Assembly (NCBI GenBank): GCA_964405115.1 | Contig: CAYOMN010000004.1 | Coordinates: 1 to 35,298 of the forward strand | DNA: 35,298 bases | Reading direction: 5' to 3' | DNA from: an uncultured Candidatus Saccharibacteria bacterium | Lineage (GTDB): Bacteria > Patescibacteriota > Minisyncoccia > Phycocordibacterales > UBA1006 | Part shown: positions 17,537 through 25,886 of the stretch, piece after piece | How positions within the stretch are numbered: position 1 is the stretch's first letter | Layout: each line of letters starts with the position of its first letter | Program-made: the position numbers and the translations under genes | The notes under the pieces: generated by a model | Seen by the model: the letters and a program-made list of their open reading frames with translations, nothing else | Databases searched by the model: none | What the model was told of the DNA's origin: nothing

Positions 17537-17545
17537 ATTATAACA
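17537..17545 (-). promoter_or_regulatory. perfect extended -10 box TGTTATAAT, 6 nt before the ldh ATG
   Basis: The minus strand reads TG-T-TATAAT-ATAAAT-ATG. Confidence 0.5.
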
Positions 17546-17650
17546 AATTGAAACATAAAATGATATTCTTTATACTAGTAAAATGCTTGCAAATATATTC
17601 TATTATAGTTTAATTAAATTAAATATTTTAAAAACTAAATAAATTATATT

Positions 17651-18112
17651 ATGAGAAAAAAATACAATGTATTATTAGAAACCTTTAAACAAATAAAAGG
17701 TTTAACTGATTACATCTTTGATCAGAATATTAATCTTAAAAACACAACAATTGATGAAATTACTCTATTGAAAGAAACTATTGAAAATATAATAATTGAT
17801 CTTCAAACAAACACGAGAAGAATTATTGATTTCAAAAAAGTTGGTCTTATCATTGAAATACTGTTTAATAACAATAAAAAAAAGATAACTATACCTGAGT
17901 CAAAAACATTAACAATTGCCTTCCTTAAAGTAGCGGGGATTCTAAAAGATGAAGGATTGGAAAGAATAGCAATAAATATTGCTAAGGTAATTAGTAAAGG
18001 TAAAAACGGAATAGAAAAAAGAAATTATCATACAATTCCAATATTAGAAATAAATAATATGAAAAATCTAAAAACATTAAATAAAGAAATAGTGTTAATG
18101 CATATTAACTAA
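17651..18112 (+). CDS. hypothetical protein (predicted helical, no recognisable motif)
   Basis: A 153-aa ORF with no competitor, followed by a bidirectional terminator. Confidence 0.5.
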   Translation: MRKKYNVLLETFKQIKGLTDYIFDQNINLKNTTIDEITLLKETIENIIIDLQTNTRRIIDFKKVGLIIEILFNNNKKKITIPESKTLTIAFLKVAGILKDEGLERIAINIAKVISKGKNGIEKRNYHTIPILEINNMKNLKTLNKEIVLMHIN

Positions 18113-18124
18113 TGGATTTAATAA

Positions 18125-18152
18125 AAAAATACAGTATGGCAACTGTATTTTT
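18125..18152. terminator. bidirectional hairpin terminator
   Basis: AAAAATACAGT, loop ATGGCA, then ACTGTATTTTT. Confidence 0.65.
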
Positions 18153-18153
18153 T

Positions 18154-18432
18154 CTATGCACTATTTTTTTTATGACACTCTCTACAAGCAACAGTATCTG
18201 GATCTACTGGTTTAAATGGTAATTCATCAATTACAACGCCACATTCACAACATTTCCAATCTCCGATATAAATCTTTTTCACACTATCCCTTAATTTAGA
18301 TGGTCTACTTTTCATGTGACAATTCCTACAAGTTAATGTAGATGGATCACGTGGTTCAAACGGCAATGAATCAATCTGAGACCCACATTCCATACATGTC
18401 CAATCTCCAGTATACATTTTTCTTTCTTCCAT
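18154..18432 (-). CDS. tandem CxxC...CxxC zinc-ribbon protein (CxxC-x17-CxxC-like domain, two copies)
   Basis: Two internal repeats: YTGDWTCMECGSQIDSLPFEPRDPSTLTCRNCH and YIGDWKCCECGVVIDELPFKPVDPDTVACRECH. Confidence 0.75.
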   Translation of the reverse strand: MEERKMYTGDWTCMECGSQIDSLPFEPRDPSTLTCRNCHMKSRPSKLRDSVKKIYIGDWKCCECGVVIDELPFKPVDPDTVACRECHKKNSA

Positions 18433-18519
18433 ATTTTAAATTATTTTAAAAGTTAATTTAATAAATGATTCCTACCCGCCAAATCGCCATGCGCTAAGGA
18501 GCTTCAAAATCATAAACAC

Positions 18520-18528
18520 ATTATATCA
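18520..18528 (-). promoter_or_regulatory. perfect extended -10 box TGATATAAT, about 90 nt upstream of the zinc-ribbon gene (long leader)
   Basis: The minus strand reads TG-A-TATAAT at 18528..18520. Confidence 0.45.
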
Positions 18529-18564
18529 TAAAATTCTAAAAAATAAATCATCAATGCTATATAT

Positions 18565-18589
18565 AAAAATACCATAATAGGTATTTTTT
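18565..18589 (-). terminator. hairpin terminator after tRNA-Gln
   Basis: AAAAATACC, loop ATAATA, then GGTATTTTT. Confidence 0.6.
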
Positions 18590-18623
18590 GTTGTAACACA
18601 TGTCTCGTACTAGCTCAAGTTTG

Positions 18624-18694
18624 CTGCTCGGCTAGGGTTCGAACCTAGATTAACGGTACCAGAAACCGCAGTCCTACCATTAGACGACCGAGCA
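18624..18694 (-). tRNA. tRNA-Gln (anticodon CTG)
   Basis: The reverse complement reads TGCTCGG..GCGGT-TTCTGGT-ACCGT..GGTTCGAACCC..CCGAGCA-G. Confidence 0.85.
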
Positions 18695-18726
18695 ATATAA
18701 TTATATTACCGAATTTATAAAAAAAT

Positions 18727-18761
18727 AAAAGATGGTGGAAACAAAGTTTCCACCATCTTTT
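18727..18761 (-). terminator. 16-bp perfect hairpin after ftsX
   Basis: AAAAGATGGTGGAAAC, loop AAA, then GTTTCCACCATCTTTT, flanked by T/A runs. Confidence 0.75.
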
Positions 18762-18773
18762 ATTTTTTTAAGC

Positions 18774-19697
18774 CTAAACTCTCAAATATTTTCTTATGGC
18801 AAGGATACTTGCAAAAAATCCAAGTAAAATTCCAGTACCACAAATTATAATACTAAATTGAAGAATATTATCTATAAAATAGTTTTTTATACTCATTCCA
18901 CCAAAAAAGGTTTTAGTAACATTTGATAGCCAACTAGTTGTTGGAAATAATATTATTATTGTAATAATACCAGCAATAAATCCATATAAGACGCCAATAA
19001 CAGTAAAAGGGCCTCTAATATACCGGTGCTCAGCTCCAACAAGACGCTTAATTACAATATCATTTCTAGAAGAATATATCGCAATACGCATTGTACTCAG
19101 AACAACCAAAACGGCAATAATTGCTAAAAATAATATAGAAGCATAGGCAATACCACGAACAACAGAACTAAATTGATTAAGCCTATCTATGATCTTTTTA
19201 TTGTCATGGTAATTTGTTCTTTCAACAAATTCTGAATTATTTACAATAGGCTCCGATTCAACCGCAGTAATAATTGCCTCATATTGCGTAGAATCTTTCG
19301 CTCGTATATTAAGCGACGCCCCTAATGGGTTATCACCTAGTTCTTCTAATGATCTTTTTATTAAGTCATCATCAGCATGTCTATTTTGAAAATCAATTAA
19401 AGCTTTTTCTTTTGAAATATAAGCTACATCTCTAACCTCAGGAATAAGTAATATCCTTTCTTTTAAGTCTTGTATCTCACTTACAGGAGTGTCTGGAAAG
19501 AAATATATATTCATATCTACTCTATCTTGTAATTGATTAAGAGAAAAGTTAATGATTCCATTAATGAAAAGTAAAGATGACAAAACTAATAAAGATAAAG
19601 TCATTACCAATACAGATGCAAATGATACAACTTTATTTCTCCAAAAAGCAACAAGCCCTTCTCTAAATATTCTTTTTAAATCTAATCCTAATGACAT
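18774..19697 (-). CDS. ftsX: cell-division ABC transporter permease FtsX
   Basis: Four-TM topology with a large first periplasmic loop, a 2-nt gap from ftsE, and an FtsX-type C-terminal permease fold. Confidence 0.85.
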   Translation of the reverse strand: MSLGLDLKRIFREGLVAFWRNKVVSFASVLVMTLSLLVLSSLLFINGIINFSLNQLQDRVDMNIYFFPDTPVSEIQDLKERILLIPEVRDVAYISKEKALIDFQNRHADDDLIKRSLEELGDNPLGASLNIRAKDSTQYEAIITAVESEPIVNNSEFVERTNYHDNKKIIDRLNQFSSVVRGIAYASILFLAIIAVLVVLSTMRIAIYSSRNDIVIKRLVGAEHRYIRGPFTVIGVLYGFIAGIITIIILFPTTSWLSNVTKTFFGGMSIKNYFIDNILQFSIIICGTGILLGFFASILAIRKYLRV

Positions 19698-19699
19698 AA

Positions 19700-20395
19700 T
19701 TATTTTTTACTTGTAGTGTAATGATACTTACCTTCTTTATCATCTCTAATAATTCTACCCTTATCAATATGAACAACTCTTTTCTTTAACTCATCAACTA
19801 CAAAACTGTTATGAGTAGATAAGATAACGGTAGTCCCTAATTCATTTATCTTTTTTAATATATTAATAACAGAATGAACACTTGATGGATCAAGTGATCC
19901 AGTTGGCTCATCTGCTATCAATAAATCTGGCTGATTAATTATTGCACGTGCAATTGCAAGTCTTTGCTGTTCTCCTCCAGATAACTCACTTGGAAAATAA
20001 AACATTTTATCTTCTAATCCTACAAGCTCAAGTGCATGCGGTACGTCTGCTCTTATTTCATCATCTGTTTTTCCAACCATTTCCATTGCAAATGATACAT
20101 TTTCATATACTGTCTTATCTTCAAGTAATTTAAAATCTTGAAATACTACACCTATACGCTGTCTATATCTAGGAATATCACCAGCTCTTAGATTATGAAT
20201 ATTTACACCATCAAAGTGTACGGATCCCTCAGTTGGTTCCTCTTCTGTAAGAAGAATCTTTAATAAGGTTGTTTTACCTGCACCAGAGGGTCCAATCAAA
20301 CTAATAAATTCTCCATCATCTATAGATAAATCTATATTATACAAAGATGTATTCCTTTGTTGGTATATCTTCGAAACATTCTCAAACTTAATCAT
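19700..20395 (-). CDS. ftsE: cell-division ATP-binding protein FtsE
   Basis: Walker A GPSGAGKTT, signature LSGGEQQR and Walker B LLIADEPTGSLD. Confidence 0.9.
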   Translation of the reverse strand: MIKFENVSKIYQQRNTSLYNIDLSIDDGEFISLIGPSGAGKTTLLKILLTEEEPTEGSVHFDGVNIHNLRAGDIPRYRQRIGVVFQDFKLLEDKTVYENVSFAMEMVGKTDDEIRADVPHALELVGLEDKMFYFPSELSGGEQQRLAIARAIINQPDLLIADEPTGSLDPSSVHSVINILKKINELGTTVILSTHNSFVVDELKKRVVHIDKGRIIRDDKEGKYHYTTSKK

Positions 20396-20554
20396 TATAG
20401 ACTTATTTTATCACAAAGGCTTTTAAATAAAAATAGACTATATGTTATAAAAATTATTATCATAATAAATAAAATTCATTATGATAATTGACAGTAAATA
20501 AACAATTTGTTATTTTTAAATAAATCAAACCTTATCAAAATTAAATTATTTATT

Positions 20555-20833
20555 ATGTGTTATCTACTAATACTAAAAATCTTAATATTAATATGGATTA
20601 GCATATCATTATTATATTATGCTAACGGAACATTCAAGTATGCTATTAAAAATACAAAGAAAAGTATTCGAATAACTATTCCAATGTTTTCTGATTATTT
20701 GTTATTAATCTTTGTTTACGAAATATATTTTCAAAGTATAAATAAAAATAAAATGATATTCTTTATAATATTACTAATAATTTCACTCTCAGAAAAGATT
20801 TATACATTAAATAAATATAAAAAAGAAAGATAA
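20555..20833 (+). CDS. hypothetical small membrane protein (I prefer the ATG at 20555 to the TTG at 20507)
   Basis: A hydrophobic ORF. A TTGACA-17-TG-T-TATTTT promoter at 20488..20516 would exclude the TTG start. A perfect 14-bp terminator follows. In DNA this AT-rich the ORF could still be spurious. Confidence 0.4.
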   Translation: MCYLLILKILILIWISISLLYYANGTFKYAIKNTKKSIRITIPMFSDYLLLIFVYEIYFQSINKNKMIFFIILLIISLSEKIYTLNKYKKER

Positions 20834-20846
20834 ATGGAATAATTAG

Positions 20847-20880
20847 AAAGAACACCTTAATTCAATTAAGGTGTTCTTTT
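20847..20880. terminator. 14-bp perfect bidirectional hairpin
   Basis: AAAGAACACCTTAA, loop TTCAA, then TTAAGGTGTTCTTT. Confidence 0.7.
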
Positions 20881-20894
20881 AAAAAAAATATTTA

Positions 20895-21893
20895 TTAAAT
20901 AAGTCCAACCTTTTCTCTTATTTCTTTCATTTTACTTTTTACAATCTTCTGAACTTTTCTATTCCCTTCATCAATAATTTGACGAACAATTCCAGGATTT
21001 TCTTCATAGTATTTTCTCTTTTTTCGCATTGGCTCAATAAGCTCTAAATAATTTTCCAAAAGAATCTTTTTGGAATCACCATATCCAAGACCTCCATCTT
21101 CATAACCTTTCTTAATTTCAGAAAGCTGTGGTTCCGATGTAATTAATTTATGTAAAGCAAAAACATTACAATCCTCTGGATTTTTCTTTTCTTCAGGTTT
21201 TTTAGAATCAGTTATGATTCCCATAATTGCTTTTTTAATTTCTTTATCTGTTCCAAATAATGGGATAATATTTCCATATGATTTTGACATCTTATCACCA
21301 TCTATGCCAGGAACAACTGCAACTTCTTCTTTGATATATTCACTTGGTTCAACAAAAGTCTCTCCATATATATTATTAAATTTACGTGCAATCTCTCGTG
21401 CCATCTCAACATGTTGAATCTGATCTCTCCCAACAGGAATAACTTCTGCCTGTGGTAAAAGAATATCTGCTGCCATTAATATAGGATAATCAAAAAGACC
21501 AACAGAAGCATCAACTCCCCTAGCAACCCTATCTTTGAAGGCATGAGCACGTTCCAGCCATGGAACTGTAACAAGGCAATTAAACATCCAGGCTAACTCT
21601 GTAACTTCTGGAATTGAAGATTGCCTATAAAATATAGTCTTTTCTGGATCTAAACCAATGGCAAGATAATCTAAGATGAGATTATGAATAGACAACTTTA
21701 ATTCATTTTTATCATGCATTGTAGTCATTGCATGAAAATCTGCAATAAAAATATACATATTGAACTCATCTTGCATGTCAATTGTTGGCTTCAACATACC
21801 AAAATAATTTCCAAGATGTGGACTACCGGTCGGCTTAATACCAGATAATGCTATCTTTTTTCTATTATTATTTCTTTCCATGAAACTAAACAT
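20895..21893 (-). CDS. trpS: tryptophan--tRNA ligase
   Basis: HIGH-region variant GSPHLGNYFG, a KMSKS motif, and class Ic size and order. Confidence 0.92.
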   Translation of the reverse strand: MFSFMERNNNRKKIALSGIKPTGSPHLGNYFGMLKPTIDMQDEFNMYIFIADFHAMTTMHDKNELKLSIHNLILDYLAIGLDPEKTIFYRQSSIPEVTELAWMFNCLVTVPWLERAHAFKDRVARGVDASVGLFDYPILMAADILLPQAEVIPVGRDQIQHVEMAREIARKFNNIYGETFVEPSEYIKEEVAVVPGIDGDKMSKSYGNIIPLFGTDKEIKKAIMGIITDSKKPEEKKNPEDCNVFALHKLITSEPQLSEIKKGYEDGGLGYGDSKKILLENYLELIEPMRKKRKYYEENPGIVRQIIDEGNRKVQKIVKSKMKEIREKVGLI

Positions 21894-22734
21894 TATGAAC
21901 TATACGAGTTGGATAAGGTATCTCAATTCCATGTTCTTCAAAAATTAATTTAAGTCTACGACGCATTTCACCAGTAATACCATACTGTGTTTTTGGTAAA
22001 ACCTTACCGCTTATATGTATAATAATTGAAGATTCGCCAAAATCATCAACCCTCAAAAAGTGAGGAGCTTCTAATATATCATCAGAAAACTTTGGATCTT
22101 CTGAAATACCAAGTCCTACTTTATTAATTATATCTTCTAATTTATCTATATCTGTATTATATCCAACACCTATTTTAAAATCTACCTTTGAAAAATCTTT
22201 CGATTTATTTGATGCAACTTTTATTTCACTATTCGGAACATAATGAATTGTACCATCTATTTCTCTAAGTTTTGTAACTCTAAGAGTCATATCTTCTACT
22301 GTTCCACAATATTTACCAGTACAAATGTAATCTCCAATTCTATACTGATTTTCTGCTAAAATGAATAAACCAGTAATAATATCTTTTACGAGTGATTGAG
22401 AACCAAAACCCACAGCGACACCAAGTATACCTGCACCTGTTATTAAACCACCAACTGGAACATTAAATTCTGCTAAAATAGTTATGGTTGCAGTTATCCA
22501 AATTACAATTCCAAAAAAGCTATGTGAAATCTTTATAAGTGTATCTTCACGTTTTTTTTCCTCTATTTGAGTTGTATATGATGATCTTATTACTGCACTC
22601 CGAATAAATCTATCTAAAATTTTATTTAAAAATTTAAAAAGTAACCAAGCAATAACTATTATTGCTAATAATCTTATACCATGTTCAGACAACCAATCTT
22701 TCGTAAAAAGAAATGTATTTAGTAATATTTTCAT
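21886..22734 (-). CDS. mechanosensitive ion channel family protein (MscS-like)
   Basis: Three TM helices, then GFGSQSLVKDIITGLFILAENQYRIGDYI and a beta-domain. It overlaps trpS by 8 nt. Confidence 0.88.
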   Translation of the reverse strand: MKILLNTFLFTKDWLSEHGIRLLAIIVIAWLLFKFLNKILDRFIRSAVIRSSYTTQIEEKKREDTLIKISHSFFGIVIWITATITILAEFNVPVGGLITGAGILGVAVGFGSQSLVKDIITGLFILAENQYRIGDYICTGKYCGTVEDMTLRVTKLREIDGTIHYVPNSEIKVASNKSKDFSKVDFKIGVGYNTDIDKLEDIINKVGLGISEDPKFSDDILEAPHFLRVDDFGESSIIIHISGKVLPKTQYGITGEMRRRLKLIFEEHGIEIPYPTRIVHNV

Positions 22735-22741
22735 ATGAATA

Positions 22742-22750
22742 ATTATACCA
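22742..22750 (-). promoter_or_regulatory. perfect extended -10 box TGGTATAAT, 7 nt before the MscS ATG
   Basis: The minus strand reads TG-G-TATAAT-TATTCAT-ATG. Confidence 0.5.
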
Positions 22751-22826
22751 AGACAATAATAAAATAAAAGTTACTATATAAAAATGCAAAACTTCTATTC
22801 TAAAAAACAAAAAGCTTTTTTATTGT

Positions 22827-23663
22827 TTATCCAATTAAATCATTTACTTCCATATTTAACTCTTTTGCAAGTGAAATAGAACACTTCAATTTACTAACAA
22901 AATCATCAATTGTGTAATATTTTAAATCCTTAACTAAAATAAGTTTCTCAGAGGCCATCTTTTTTAAAATAGTCTGTGTAATAGACGATAATGTAGTTAC
23001 TGGGTATAATTTCTTTTCATAAACTATCTTCATTAGATTTATATATTCTGGAAAACTCCATCCCATTAGTTGCATATCACGATGTTTAACATAATTAATT
23101 GCACTATCAGTAAATAATGTATTTGTTATTAACCACATATAATACTCACTATTATCACCTCTGTTTTTTGCTTTTCTTTTTATATCTTGTAAACGTGCAT
23201 CAGCATACATGATCTGATTAATGTGTGTTTTTGTTTTAAAATCATTCCTATATTTTGCCTCAACAATAAATATTACATTTCCTTTTTTAGCTATAACATC
23301 AATTTCATGACTAACACCCTCGCCCTCAAGATAAACGTTAGTATCAACTTCATAATCCATTTCTCTAAACAAAGAAGCAACATATTGCTCAAACATAAAC
23401 CCAGATGGACCTAATATGGACAAACCTCTCTCTAATCCGTATAAAGCTGCAAGCCCTGGATCATATTCATATAAAAGATCTCTTACTTTAGAAAAAATAT
23501 CATTTGTTGATACTTTTGATTTCATTGAACTAGAAACAACATTACAAATATTCTTAATCATTGATTCTGATGTACCAATTATATTTAAAGATCGACAAAG
23601 CTTGTTTGAATCATATAGTTCTTCAAAACCATTTCTTTTTATTACTTTCACAGATTTCTTCAT
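22827..23663 (-). CDS. ATP-cone domain fused to an Mrr-like PD-(D/E)xK restriction-endonuclease domain
   Basis: N-terminus MKKSVKVIKRNGFEELYDSNKLCRSL (ATP-cone). Core FEQYVASLFREMDYEV...HEIDVIAKKGNVIFIVEAKYR (Mrr_cat-like D..E-x-K). I prefer the Met at 23663 because TGGTATTAT lies 7 nt upstream; the ORF-track start is 23690. Confidence 0.75.
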   Translation of the reverse strand: MKKSVKVIKRNGFEELYDSNKLCRSLNIIGTSESMIKNICNVVSSSMKSKVSTNDIFSKVRDLLYEYDPGLAALYGLERGLSILGPSGFMFEQYVASLFREMDYEVDTNVYLEGEGVSHEIDVIAKKGNVIFIVEAKYRNDFKTKTHINQIMYADARLQDIKRKAKNRGDNSEYYMWLITNTLFTDSAINYVKHRDMQLMGWSFPEYINLMKIVYEKKLYPVTTLSSITQTILKKMASEKLILVKDLKYYTIDDFVSKLKCSISLAKELNMEVNDLIG

Positions 23664-23694
23664 CTTCATTATAATACCATTAAAAAACATAAAG

Positions 23695-24681
23695 CTAAAC
23701 TTTATGTTTTTTATCTAAAAATTGTGTAAGAACAGATTTAAAACTTTTAATACTTCTTTCATCATATGCAGTAATTGAATAAACCATGTTATGTCCAACT
23801 TTTTCTTTAAATTCGGTTACAAGTTTAGCTAACTCAACTTCACTGACAAGATCATTTTTTGTTAAAAGAATTAACTCATCTTTTTTATCCAGCCCCTCGC
23901 CATAGTTAGATAACTCTCCACGAATAATTTCATAGTCAACCATTGGATTTTCAGAGTCAAGACTAACCAAATGAACCAATGTATTTGTACGACGTATATG
24001 TCTTAAAAATTTATAACCAAGCCCCTTTCCCTTTGATGCTCCATAAATAATCCCAGGAATATCTGCTAAAATATACCCATACATATCACCAAGATGTGGA
24101 TCTAATGTTGTAAAATGATATGCTCCAACTTTTGACCTAGCATTTGTTAATAAATTAAGTAGTGTAGATTTTCCTGCAGAAGGTAATCCAATAAGCCCAA
24201 CATCAGCAAATAAACGTAATTCAACTTCGAAATTTGCTTCTTCTCCTTTTTTACCTGGAGTCCATTCTAAAGGTGTTGTATTTGTAGATGATTTAAAATG
24301 TTCATTTCCAAGACCACCACGTCCTCCTCTTAATATTAAAATTTTTTCACCAATATCACCGAGCCAAAACTCTTCTCTCGTAAACAAATTCTTTAATATA
24401 GTTCCTCTTGGAAAACGCAGAATAATATCTTCACCGTTTCTTCCCTCTTTACCAAGATTTCCACCAGAAATACCACTTTCTGCAGAAAAGTTTTTTTTAT
24501 GTTTGTAATATTCTAAATAGGCTAAATCTGATACTGTTTCAGCGAAAACATTACCTCCATTACCTCCATTACCTCCACCTGGACCTGATTTTGGCTTAAA
24601 CTTTTCATGCCTCCAACGAACAACCCCATCACCACCATTACCAGCTTTTATGTGTAATTTTACTTCATCTACGAATGCCAT
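23695..24681 (-). CDS. obg: GTPase Obg/CgtA
   Basis: MAFVDEVKLHIKAGNGGDGVV, Gly-rich Obg fold, G-domain GLPSAGKSTLL, DIPGI and TKND. Confidence 0.93.
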   Translation of the reverse strand: MAFVDEVKLHIKAGNGGDGVVRWRHEKFKPKSGPGGGNGGNGGNVFAETVSDLAYLEYYKHKKNFSAESGISGGNLGKEGRNGEDIILRFPRGTILKNLFTREEFWLGDIGEKILILRGGRGGLGNEHFKSSTNTTPLEWTPGKKGEEANFEVELRLFADVGLIGLPSAGKSTLLNLLTNARSKVGAYHFTTLDPHLGDMYGYILADIPGIIYGASKGKGLGYKFLRHIRRTNTLVHLVSLDSENPMVDYEIIRGELSNYGEGLDKKDELILLTKNDLVSEVELAKLVTEFKEKVGHNMVYSITAYDERSIKSFKSVLTQFLDKKHKV

Positions 24682-24687
24682 AAAATT

Positions 24688-24715
24688 AGTATAAATTATT
24701 AGTTACAACTTACAA
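24688..24715 (-). promoter_or_regulatory. promoter TTGTAA, 16-nt spacer, TATACT, ending 6 nt before the obg ATG
   Basis: The minus strand reads TTGTAA (24715..24710) ... TATACT (24693..24688) AATTTT ATG. Confidence 0.45.
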
Positions 24716-24817
24716 GTAAAAAAATTGTTTTTAATTCACAAAAATAACTATTGTATATAGTAATGTAAAAAATAATTTCAACAATACCAAATAAAACCCT
24801 TTTTTAAAAAATCAAAT

Positions 24818-25738
24818 CTAATCAATAAGTGCAAGTTCAGCTAATTGACGGGCTCCCAATCTAGATTTTGCAACAACTAGCCACAATGAATTGTGGCAAA
24901 AAATTGCATCGGAAACACCTGTTACTTTTTGAAGTTCTCTATCTCTCTTACCAGCCCATGATTTTGGCATTGATTTTCTGTTTTCAAAAGTGCAAGGATT
25001 CTCTCTCATTGCCACAACTTTCCAATTCTTATTTGATTTAGCAACAACATACATAACCTCTGGATATTTATTTAATACTTGCATCATAGATCCAACACCA
25101 ACATGATAAGGAATTTCAATTATTTCCTTAGATTTTGACCTTTGATAAGATTCTTCTATCAAATCTATCATTTCTATACGTTGAAATGATTTTTCAATTT
25201 CACGTTTAAGAACTCCTTCAAAAAAAGAAACTAACTCTAAAAAGCTTTTTAATTGTCTGTTATCATTCTCAGAATCTTTCCATGTATTTTGATAAGCGGA
25301 TACAATACCATGAATACCATATTCATAAATACCACTACAATCAGCTGGTTCACTAATACTTATACCATTATCTATTGCATCTATCGGCTGAGCCAATCGA
25401 CGGTCAATGTCATTAATAACTTCTTCGTTATCTTTGCATAAAAAAGAGCCATATTTCTTCCAAACTAAACCAAAAGAAGCATACGGAATTGCATTTTCTC
25501 TTCTTCCAGCTCCTTCCGGTTGATGATGATCAAATCGTTCTAAAATTGGATCATATATTCCACCAACATCAAAGACATAATCTGCCTTTTCTATAATATA
25601 TTCATCACGTGTTCTTATAACTTTATATTTAATATTATGTTTCTTAAAGTATAAAGATAATGTAGCACAAGCGAAAATATCATCTGCATGGAAAGAACCA
25701 GAGTGTGTTACCACTTTTTTCTTTCTTTTAAATATCAT
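24818..25738 (-). CDS. MYG1/UPF0160 family metal-dependent hydrolase
   Basis: VVTHSGSFHADDIFACA and FDHHQ motifs. I prefer the ATG at 25738 (MIFKRKKKVVTH) because TGTTACAAT lies 6 nt upstream; the ORF-track TTG start is at 25756. Confidence 0.85.
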   Translation of the reverse strand: MIFKRKKKVVTHSGSFHADDIFACATLSLYFKKHNIKYKVIRTRDEYIIEKADYVFDVGGIYDPILERFDHHQPEGAGRRENAIPYASFGLVWKKYGSFLCKDNEEVINDIDRRLAQPIDAIDNGISISEPADCSGIYEYGIHGIVSAYQNTWKDSENDNRQLKSFLELVSFFEGVLKREIEKSFQRIEMIDLIEESYQRSKSKEIIEIPYHVGVGSMMQVLNKYPEVMYVVAKSNKNWKVVAMRENPCTFENRKSMPKSWAGKRDRELQKVTGVSDAIFCHNSLWLVVAKSRLGARQLAELALID

Positions 25739-25744
25739 AAGTTT

Positions 25745-25753
25745 ATTGTAACA
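25745..25753 (-). promoter_or_regulatory. extended -10 box TGTTACAAT, 6 nt before the MYG1 ATG
   Basis: The minus strand reads TG-T-TACAAT-AAACTT-ATG. Confidence 0.45.
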
Positions 25754-25886
25754 CAAAAACCAAAATTAACGAGCAGCATAATAATAAGATTTTTATAAAA
25801 AAAGAGAAAAAACGTTATAGTGAATACAAGATTGAATTGTTTTCAATAAATCGTAAAAAGTAAAAAATTACATCTTATGTAGTTTT

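Noticed and set aside
17587-17609. TTGCAA ... TATAGT upstream of gene 17651 as a standard -35/-10 promoter.
   Set aside because: The spacer is only 11 nt, which is incompatible with sigma70 geometry. I kept it only as part of the shared-motif observation with the 29.3-kb copy.
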